Shown: positions 55,201-61,362 of the stretch, in pieces | Numbering within the stretch: position 1 is the first letter of the stretch | Layout of the letters: the number at the start of each line of letters is the position of its first letter | Source: an uncultured Verrucomicrobiae bacterium | Lineage (GTDB): Bacteria; Verrucomicrobiota; Verrucomicrobiia; Limisphaerales; DASXHY01 | DNA length: 64,000 nt | Assembly (NCBI GenBank): GCA_963699145.1 | Contig: OY969416.1 | Span: 5,150,456-5,214,455, forward strand | Direction of reading: 5' to 3' | Notes under the pieces: model-generated | Databases searched by the model: none | What the model saw: the letters and a program-made list of their open reading frames with translations, nothing else | Told to the model about the DNA's origin: nothing | Translations under genes and position numbers: made by a program

Positions 55201-56183
55201 TCCTTCACCGATTGTTTCCATTTCTGGTTCATCGCGGCGATGGCATCGGCGGTTTCATTGCGGAGGCGGACTTGTTCGTGCTGATTGGTCGCCTTCGCCT
55301 TGTCCAAACACGCCCCCATGAGCCAGCGGGATTTGGCGAGGTTGCCGGCAATCTCCCGGGCGCGCTCGCTCGCCTGTGAACCGCCCACGAGGTAGACAAT
55401 GAAGACCAGCACGAAGACGCCGGCGGAAATACCGGCATACATCATGGGGATATTTTTAATGCCCATTTGCGGCAGGAAGGGCACCGCAACCGCAAAACCC
55501 AGCAGCAAGATTGCCCAGAGCCAGATCGGCAGGGCGCGAAAAATCGAGGCTGGAAAGAGGCCGCGGAATTTTCCGATATCATCGCCGGCTTTTTTTTCCA
55601 ACCGGTTCAGCTCGTCGAGCAGTTGGTTTTCGTCGCCGGACAAATCGGGCTGCGGCCATTCGCGGTCGGGGGCGAGGAATTTGCGAAAGCGGCCGTAGCC
55701 GCCGAAGGCGTTGTGCGCCGAAACTTCCAATTCCGCGAAGCGATTCTGGCTTTCGCCGACGCGGCGGTTGAAATCTTCGAAGGCGGCGGCGGTCGCGGTC
55801 AACTTTTCATCGCGCACGCGTTCGGCCTCGAGCGAGCCGGTCTGGACGCTGTATTTGATGTCGGCTTCCTGCTGGGTGATTGCGTCCAGAACGCGTTTGC
55901 GGGCGTTGATGTGCGCCTGGTTCAAGCGCGCCTTGCGCTGCTCGAACCCGGTGTTGATCCGGCTGCTGGTGGCGTCAAAATCAGCAGTGGTTTTGGCGAT
56001 TGTTTCCGTCGCGGTTGTGGATTGCGCGCCTTTCGCGGTATCGAACGCCCTGGTTTCCACGGCGGAGCGCGTGCGGAAATCGGCGTTTAATTTTTCTTCG
56101 CGCGCGGCGAAATCGCGCAGCGCGTTTTTCAGCGTCTCCAACAACGCTACCATGTCCTTGGCACCAAAATTATTATTACTCAC
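52296..56183 (-). CDS. membrane-anchored FtsK/SpoIIIE-family ATPase with three P-loop-type modules (EssC/EccC-like)
   Basis: 1295 aa. There are two TM helices at aa ~217-268 (nt 55380-55535). The intact Walker A is IAGKTGSGKST (GKTGSGKS = 53862-53885) and the Walker B is LLMIDEFQEF. Degenerate FtsK-like modules flank the active one. The GTG start overlaps the stop of the upstream small gene. Confidence 0.9.
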   Translation of the reverse strand: MSNNNFGAKDMVALLETLKNALRDFAAREEKLNADFRTRSAVETRAFDTAKGAQSTTATETIAKTTADFDATSSRINTGFEQRKARLNQAHINARKRVLDAITQQEADIKYSVQTGSLEAERVRDEKLTATAAAFEDFNRRVGESQNRFAELEVSAHNAFGGYGRFRKFLAPDREWPQPDLSGDENQLLDELNRLEKKAGDDIGKFRGLFPASIFRALPIWLWAILLLGFAVAVPFLPQMGIKNIPMMYAGISAGVFVLVFIVYLVGGSQASERAREIAGNLAKSRWLMGACLDKAKATNQHEQVRLRNETADAIAAMNQKWKQSVKDAIELRGTRPVKVDEKARRAFAKNEATHDQRMREVERDRTLTLARLRSGTDAEAKEMLDTHRAKMSRLESEFKGLWDAMVAEWKGIVEPIYASIRAANEFSEKMFPPWEIPLWKDWDPPLEFKNAAKFGSLDVDMSKAAEAMPKDPRLALPGPANFSVPLLLTYPLQGSILFETPKVGHEEAIAAINNIIFRLLSTNPAGKLSFTIFDPVGLGQNFAGLMHLADFEESHINSRIWTQAAQFEEKLAELNEHMEKVIQMYLRNEYETIAEYNAQAGTIAEKYHILVIASFPVNFSDTAAKRLRNIATSGARCGVYTLMHWDQRNAVPQDFVADELRKNSVTLVRRENDFVLANWRVPGSQIQLDPPPSPEFATHFLREVGKKGKDSNRVEVPFEQIAPKNGQIWSEETSQELRVPIGRSGATKLQYLEIGKATRQHALIAGKTGSGKSTLFHVMITNLALWCSPEQVEFYLVDFKKGVEFKSYANRHLPHARVVAIESDRQFGLSVLERIDMELRRRGDLFRAQGVQDVAGYKRSGGTEPMPRSLLMIDEFQEFFTEEDHVSQQAAVLLDRIVRQGRAFGIHVILGSQTLGGAYTLARATLGQMVIRIALQCNEADAYLIMDQDNPAPRLLSRPGEGIYNDSAGAIEGNSPFQAVWLPESVRDNYLAQIRERADRTGKNFPGPFVFEGNAPADVNENLPLRIFLETKPAKALAQSRAWLGAPNSIKGPTEAVFQKQSGNNLLVVGQNAEASLSMLAVALVALSAQYPRGAVRFVLLDSTAPESPEREFLDRIVQGIPHELTRVKGGDVGDAMNALAEELKRRSGDEQSNNGPETFVLIQDLQNYKKLRQEDEFSFSTTDTASPASILLSLISDGPAHGIHVIATCDSFNNINRFLGRKNLSEFEMRVLFQMSASDSASLIDSPDAATLGMHRALYYNDREGYTEMFRPYARPGNEWIERVTGQLKGGAS

Positions 56184-56388
56184 AATCTTGTTGGACCTTT
56201 TTCAATAGTTCATCGAGTTTTTCCACCACGCCGACCGTTTTGTCGACGCCGGCGAACAGTTCCTGCAAATATTTCCGCTCGAACTCCTGGGCTTTAGCGT
56301 CGCGCCAGTAATTTTTCGTGTCCTCCCATTTCAAGGAAAGCTCTTTCGACAGGCCGACCAGGCGCGCTTTGCTGCCGGACATGCTCAT
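56176..56388 (-). CDS. 70-aa helical WXG100-like protein (W-x-D variant)
   Basis: MSMSGSKARLVGLSKELSLKWEDTKNYWRDAKAQEFERKYLQELF... A strong SD (AAGGAGG) lies 7 nt upstream. There is an ATGA overlap with the upstream gene and an 8-nt overlap with the ATPase start. Confidence 0.65.
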   Translation of the reverse strand: MSMSGSKARLVGLSKELSLKWEDTKNYWRDAKAQEFERKYLQELFAGVDKTVGVVEKLDELLKKVQQDCE

Positions 56389-56945
56389 GGGGTTCCCTCC
56401 TTTGGCGGTTCGGGCGCGCCAGACGGCTCCGCGGGAGTTTCGGGAGGCGGCGAGGCATCGCCGGCGCTGCCCATGCGGACGTCGGCGTAGGCTTCGAGCG
56501 AGCGAACGACGTTGTTGAGATAGGCAAGCGCCTTGGGCCCCTCGCTGGTCACGAAACTTTGGAATTGATCCACCTGTTTGACCAGGGGTTCGGAGCGATT
56601 CTCCAACTCGCGATCCCACTTTTTCAACAGGGCGAGTTTTTCCTGCGCTTCATCACAAGCCTGCTTGGCGCGGCGCACCAACAACTGTTGCGCGGACGAA
56701 ATCTCCTGAAATTTCGACATGGAAACGCTGAACAACTCCGCCTGGGCGCGCTCCAATTTTTTGCCGCGCGCTTTCATTTCGCCTTCCCACTTACGGCGCT
56801 GGTCGTTTTGGAGCCATTGCTTGGCGCGGGCGACTTCGTTGGCCATTTCCTCCAACGCGGGGCGCGCTTTGCTCAAGTAAATGACCAAGGCCGATCGAAA
56901 AGCCTCGATGGCTTCGACGGAAGTAACTTGAGCGCGATCGGCCAT
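56385..56945 (-). CDS. 186-aa all-helical protein with W-E-G motif and Pro-rich tail
   Basis: The ATG at 56945 gives MADRAQVTSVEAIEAFRSAL...QWLQNDQRRKWEGEMKARGKKLERAQAEL... The tail is PPPETPAEPSGAPEPPKEGTP. Confidence 0.65.
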   Translation of the reverse strand: MADRAQVTSVEAIEAFRSALVIYLSKARPALEEMANEVARAKQWLQNDQRRKWEGEMKARGKKLERAQAELFSVSMSKFQEISSAQQLLVRRAKQACDEAQEKLALLKKWDRELENRSEPLVKQVDQFQSFVTSEGPKALAYLNNVVRSLEAYADVRMGSAGDASPPPETPAEPSGAPEPPKEGTP

Positions 56946-56966
56946 GCTAGAATTGCAAAAACATCC

Positions 56967-57052
56967 AACATCCAACAACCAACATCGAACATCCAATGAC
57001 TCCAACACGCCAAATCTGGATGTTGGATGTTCGATGTTGGTTGTTGGATGTT
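56967..57052. repeat. 30-bp perfect inverted repeat (GGATGTT word family) inside the operon
   Basis: aacatccaacaaccaacatcgaacatccaa (56967-56996) is the exact reverse complement of 57023-57052, with a 26-nt loop. It lies between the first and second genes of the operon. Confidence 0.9.
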
Positions 57053-57059
57053 CCCATTC

Positions 57060-57332
57060 CTATCGTTGATTAAGATACTCCTCAATCCGTTGCGCCTTGC
57101 GCAGCAGATACGGCGTGTGCTCCTTGGAGAGGTCGATGAATTTTTTCAGCGCTTTCATCGCGGTCTTGAATTCATCGGCAAATTTCGCGTGCTCCTGGTC
57201 GCCCCAGGTGTCGCCGAGGGCGGCGAAACGCGCGTGCAGGAGGGTGAGGCGGTTTTCGAGATCGGTGTTGAATCGCTGCAATTCGTCCGCGAAGCGGCGG
57301 ACTTTCTCGGGATCCATGATTGCCTGGGCCAT
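57060..57332 (-). CDS. 90-aa WXG100-superfamily-like helical hairpin protein (W-G-D variant)
   Basis: MAQAIMDPEKVRRFADELQRFNTDLENRLTLLHARFAALGDTWGDQEHAKFADEFKTAMKALKKFIDLSKEH... An SD (GAAAGGAA) precedes the ATG at 57332. Size and helix-turn-helix layout match WXG100. Confidence 0.7.
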   Translation of the reverse strand: MAQAIMDPEKVRRFADELQRFNTDLENRLTLLHARFAALGDTWGDQEHAKFADEFKTAMKALKKFIDLSKEHTPYLLRKAQRIEEYLNQR

Positions 57333-57717
57333 GCTATTCCTTTCGTTGAATGACTGACACACTATCGCGAAGAATTGTCCATCGCGCTATCAGAAATCTT
57401 CGCGGCGGAAAAACCCTGCCGAGGCTCGGAAATTCCCAACGTCGCGGCGCAAGTGTCGTTCGCATTCGATGTCAGTATATGAATAAACCCACAAATCGTT
57501 AGCGTCCAATTTGGCGGGAGGTCGAGCGGGCGAGACGGAAATTTAAGGTAATTGCCGATTCCTGTGCGCGAAATGAATCTGAGAATTGAAGCAGGTTGAA
57601 TCCTCACGCGCCCTTCCCCCTCACCCTGCCCCTTGGGGAGAGAATTCCCCGAAAGATTCGCTCATTAACCCCTGAGCCGATAAGAAGGAATGGGATTTCG
57701 ACATTGGCGACGAGTTC

Positions 57718-57738
57718 GCACGGGCGAGACGCCCGTGC
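57718..57738. repeat. GC hairpin element (gcacgggcg-aga-cgcccgtgc)
   Basis: Same family as 9068-9088, 9231-9251 and 59939-59959. Confidence 0.75.
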
Positions 57739-57891
57739 CACCAGGGTTCGGGGAGGTTTCTACGATTCATCCGGGGAGGACATTCGTCACTTATTAGCTC
57801 ATCGACAATGCCTGTGAATAAATCTTATCTTATTTCAGTAGACAATTTATATTTTTTTTATATTCATTGTCGCCCGAATCTGCAAACCACT

Positions 57892-59925
57892 ATGAAAAAG
57901 ACGAGTCTTGTTCTTTGTACCGTTTGTTTGTTGGCCTTCCAATCCGCGTTCGCGGAGCCATCCACGATCTCGGGCGATTTCTTTGCTGCGCTGCGCAATG
58001 GTGATGCGCGGGGGATTCGCCAGGCGCTCGACAGCGGCGCTTCGGTCAAAGCGCATGATGAGCGCGGCAATACGCCTCTAATGCTCGCGGCGGTTTATGG
58101 CGACGTGGCTTCGATGAAACTGCTTTTGGAACGCGGCGCGCAGGTGAATGTGGCCAATGCGGAAGGCGCGACTCCGCTGATTCGCGCGGCGTATGATTTT
58201 GACAAGGCGCGCTTGCTCGTGGAGCGCGGCGCCGATGTGAACGCTCGCTCGGCGATGGGCCAGACGGCATTGATGCTGGCGGCGCGACCGGTTAATTCGC
58301 ATCGCACGGTGAAACTGTTGCTCGACCACGGCGCAGATGCGAAGGCCACGAATAATTGGGGCGCGACCACGCTGATGGCTGCGGCGGCTGGCGGGGATGT
58401 GGAAACGGCGCGGTTGCTCATCGAGCACGGAGCGGATGTGAACGCACAACCGATCCCGGACCACGTGGCGTTTATTTTCAATGGCGCGCGGACGCCGTTG
58501 ATGTGGGCGGCGTATCGCGGCGATTTGGCCATGATCAAGACGTTGATCGCGGCCGGAGCGGATGTGAACGCGGAAGGCACGCTGGGAACGCCGCTGGAGC
58601 AAGCGACGTGGAATGATTCCCTGGAGGCATGCAAATATTTGCTGGAGCACCATGCGAATCCAAATTACGTCTCGCATTTCGACACTTTCACGGCGCTGCA
58701 TTGGGCGTCTTCAACGGAGCAACCGGATGCGCGCATGGTCAGCCTGTTGCTGGCGCATGGCGCGAATCCCAACATCGGCGGTGGTGAAAGCGTGGATGCT
58801 TTTCTCAGCGTGGACCAGACGCCGCTGATGCTCGCGCGGCGTCGCGGCGAGACGCCGATTGTCAAAGCGCTGCTGGCGGCGGGCGCGACCAATGAAACGC
58901 CGGACACTATTTCCAGCGTGACGGCGCCCGCTCGCGCGCTGCCGGCGCGGCTGGATGGCGAAACGGTTCGTTCGGCGATGGCGCGCGCGGTGGGGCCGTT
59001 GCAGACGACGGCGTTGGAATCGAAAAAGGTTTTCGTGAGCCATTCGAGTCACCAGGACTGCGTCTCGTGCCATCAACAATATTTGCCGCTCGCCGCGACC
59101 AGCCTGGCGCGCAAACAGAATGTGGCGGTCGATAGCGAGGCGAACCGCGACCTTATTAAATTGGTCAGCGGCGGTGAGTTGCCGTTGATTGAAGTGGATT
59201 GGCAGCCGCTTTTCCATCCGGACCCGGCGTATGCGAAAGGATATTCCATGCTCGCTTTTTCGCTATCCGATTTGCCGGCGAGCGAATTCACCGACGCGTG
59301 GGTGCATCATCTCGCGGCCATCCAGGAAGCCGACGGCCGTTGGTGCAGCAATCTTCCGCGTCCGCCGATCCAATCCGGCGACATTCCGGCGACTGCACTC
59401 GTGATCAATGCGCTGCAAAAATATCCATTGCCCGGCCGCAAGGCGGAATTCGCGGAACGCGTGGAGCGCGCGGGCAAGTGGCTCGCGAAAGCGAAAACCG
59501 ACAACACCGACGAGGCGATTTACCAAATCCTCGGGCTGAAATGGGCCGGGGAATCGCCCCGGCACATTCAACCGCTCGCGAAGGCGTTGCTGGCGCAACA
59601 GCGCGCGGACGGCGGCTGGGCGCAATTGCCGACGTTGAAGAGCGATGCTTACGCAACCGGCCAGGCGGTTTATTCGTTGTGCGTGGGCGCGGGAATTCCG
59701 ACGAACGATCCGGCCATCGAACGCGCGCGCAAATATTTGCTCGCCACGCAACTCGAGGACGGCACGTGGTATGTGCATCGCCGCGCGTTTCCGTTTCAGC
59801 CGACGATGAAGAGCGGGTTTCCGCATGGGCGTGATGGTTGGATTTCAGCGGCGGGAACAAGTTGGGCGGTGATGGCGCTGAGTTTGCCGGCGCCGGAGAC
59901 GCAGGTGGCGGCGAAGGCGCCGTGA
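57892..59925 (+). CDS. secreted ankyrin-repeat protein with CXXCH motif and prenyltransferase/squalene-cyclase-like alpha-alpha toroid repeats
   Basis: The ATG at 57892 gives signal peptide MKKTSLVLCTVCLLAFQSAFA. Multiple ANK repeats follow (GNTPLMLAA, GATPLIRAA, GQTALMLAA and others). CVSCH lies at 59059-59073. QW-like repeats are QEADGRWCS, QRADGGWAQ and QLEDGTWY. Confidence 0.8.
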   Translation: MKKTSLVLCTVCLLAFQSAFAEPSTISGDFFAALRNGDARGIRQALDSGASVKAHDERGNTPLMLAAVYGDVASMKLLLERGAQVNVANAEGATPLIRAAYDFDKARLLVERGADVNARSAMGQTALMLAARPVNSHRTVKLLLDHGADAKATNNWGATTLMAAAAGGDVETARLLIEHGADVNAQPIPDHVAFIFNGARTPLMWAAYRGDLAMIKTLIAAGADVNAEGTLGTPLEQATWNDSLEACKYLLEHHANPNYVSHFDTFTALHWASSTEQPDARMVSLLLAHGANPNIGGGESVDAFLSVDQTPLMLARRRGETPIVKALLAAGATNETPDTISSVTAPARALPARLDGETVRSAMARAVGPLQTTALESKKVFVSHSSHQDCVSCHQQYLPLAATSLARKQNVAVDSEANRDLIKLVSGGELPLIEVDWQPLFHPDPAYAKGYSMLAFSLSDLPASEFTDAWVHHLAAIQEADGRWCSNLPRPPIQSGDIPATALVINALQKYPLPGRKAEFAERVERAGKWLAKAKTDNTDEAIYQILGLKWAGESPRHIQPLAKALLAQQRADGGWAQLPTLKSDAYATGQAVYSLCVGAGIPTNDPAIERARKYLLATQLEDGTWYVHRRAFPFQPTMKSGFPHGRDGWISAAGTSWAVMALSLPAPETQVAAKAP

Positions 59926-59938
59926 GGCGCGTTTGGTG

Positions 59939-59959
59939 GCACGGGCATCCTGCCCGTGC
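59939..59959. repeat. GC hairpin element, inverted relative to the 57718 copy
   Basis: ggtggcacgggcatcctgcccgtgcgaa starts 11 nt after the stop codon of the ankyrin gene. Confidence 0.75.
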
Positions 59960-59972
59960 GAATCGAAGCTCA

Positions 59973-61025
59973 TCAATCCCGCGCGCCCATTAGCTCCACC
60001 ACGTCGGCAACGAGGGCGCTGATATCCGCTTCGGTGGTTTGCCACGAGCACATCAGGCGCGCGGTGCCGCCGGGGAAATTGTAGAAGACCCAACCGCGAT
60101 CGTGCAGGGCCTGCTCCAACGCCGTCGGCAGGTTCAGGAAAATTCCGTTGGCATCGACGGGAAGCGCCGGCGTGAGGTTCGCATCGGTTTTCAGTCGGGA
60201 GGCAAGGAGGGCGGCGCAGCGATTTGCGTGTTGCGCGTGTTTGAGCCACACGCCGTTTTCCAGCATGGCCAGCCACGGCGCGGCGTGAAAGCGCATCTTG
60301 GACGCCAATTGCCCGGCTTGCTTGCAGCGGTATTCGAATTCGGCCGACAGGTTGCGATCGAAGAAAATCACGGCTTCGGTGTTGGCCATGCCAAGCTTCG
60401 TGCCGCCGAAGGTCAGCACGTTCACGCCGGCCTGCCAGGTCACGGCTTTGGGCGCGACGTTCAATGAGGCGACGCTGTTCGCAAAACGCGCGCCGTCCAT
60501 GTGCGTCAATAATTTGAAGCGGCCGGTCGCTTCGCGAATTTCCGCAAGTTCTTTCAATTGATACACCGTGCTGAGCTCGGTGCATTGCGTGAGGCTCACG
60601 ACGCGCGGTTTGTGATAATGAATGTCCACGCATTTGTCGGCGATGGAGGCGATGGACGCAGGGGTCAGTTTTCCATTCACGCCGGGTGCGCCGAGGACTT
60701 TGGCGCCGTTGGAGAAAAATTCAGGCGCGCCGCATTCGGAAACCAGGATGTGCGCATGCTCGTAGCAAATGATGCTGTGATAGGATTGGCAACAGGCAGC
60801 GAGCGCGAGCGCATTCGCGGCGGTGCCGTTGAAGACGAAGTAGACGTCGCAATCGGTCTCGAACAATTCGCGGAATTTGTTGGCGGCGCGCTCGGTCAGG
60901 GCGTCGTCACCGTACGAGAGGAGGCTGTCTTTGTTGGCGCGGAGGCAGGCGTCCATGGCTTCGGGACACATGCCGGCGGTGTTGTCGCTGGCGAATTGCG
61001 TTTTCTGAATCGCGTCGGCGGACAT
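59973..61025 (-). CDS. ltaE: low-specificity L-threonine aldolase (beta-eliminating lyase family)
   Basis: FASDNTAGMCPEAM...FVFNGTAANALALAA...FGGTKLGM (PLP lysine). Confidence 0.85.
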   Translation of the reverse strand: MSADAIQKTQFASDNTAGMCPEAMDACLRANKDSLLSYGDDALTERAANKFRELFETDCDVYFVFNGTAANALALAACCQSYHSIICYEHAHILVSECGAPEFFSNGAKVLGAPGVNGKLTPASIASIADKCVDIHYHKPRVVSLTQCTELSTVYQLKELAEIREATGRFKLLTHMDGARFANSVASLNVAPKAVTWQAGVNVLTFGGTKLGMANTEAVIFFDRNLSAEFEYRCKQAGQLASKMRFHAAPWLAMLENGVWLKHAQHANRCAALLASRLKTDANLTPALPVDANGIFLNLPTALEQALHDRGWVFYNFPGGTARLMCSWQTTEADISALVADVVELMGARD

Positions 61026-61362
61026 GGCGGCAAGCTATTGAAATGTGCGAATGGGGGCAAACCGTTTTGCGCGAAACCGAAAAAGAATCCAGCCTGGCTC
61101 GCTGGCCGGATTGTGCTGTTCAGAAAAAAGCCCGTTGCTGAAATTAAAAAGAGTGCGACGTTCCCGGACTTCGCGAACAAATGCGAAGCCTTGGAAAGTT
61201 CATTGGTGGTTTGAAGGTGACTCTGGAGGGCATGAACTGTTTCGCTCCTCGTTGGGCGAGAAACAGATTCTCTTCAGGATATTTATTGTAGTCCATCCGC
61301 CGACGGCGAAATCGGACGTCACCCAATTCACCAGCCTTCCGTTGTAACCAACATTTCAGTCA

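Noticed and set aside
52296-56183. Interpretation of the 1295-aa ATPase as the cell-division DNA translocase FtsK.
   Set aside because: It has only two TM helices, placed after a ~215-aa cytoplasmic N-domain, rather than an N-terminal 4-5 TM divisome anchor. It has three tandem FtsK-like modules instead of one alpha-beta motor. I see no recognisable C-terminal gamma/KOPS-binding domain. It is translationally coupled to small helical proteins.
4361-57052. Whether the word repeats (GGATGTT, TACGATTT, GTTAAAT and others) could be CRISPR arrays.
   Set aside because: There is no regular alternation of a constant 25-40-nt repeat with unique spacers. The units are 7-9-nt words in direct tandem plus complementary arms, and no cas genes are present in the window.
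52296-57362. Interpretation of the operon as a conjugative or plasmid-transfer (TraB/TcpA-like) module or a phage-defence system.
   Set aside because: No relaxase, replication, integrase, T4SS or nuclease/sensor genes lie nearby. The WXG100-like layout of the small proteins fits secretion better. This cannot be fully excluded without profile searches.
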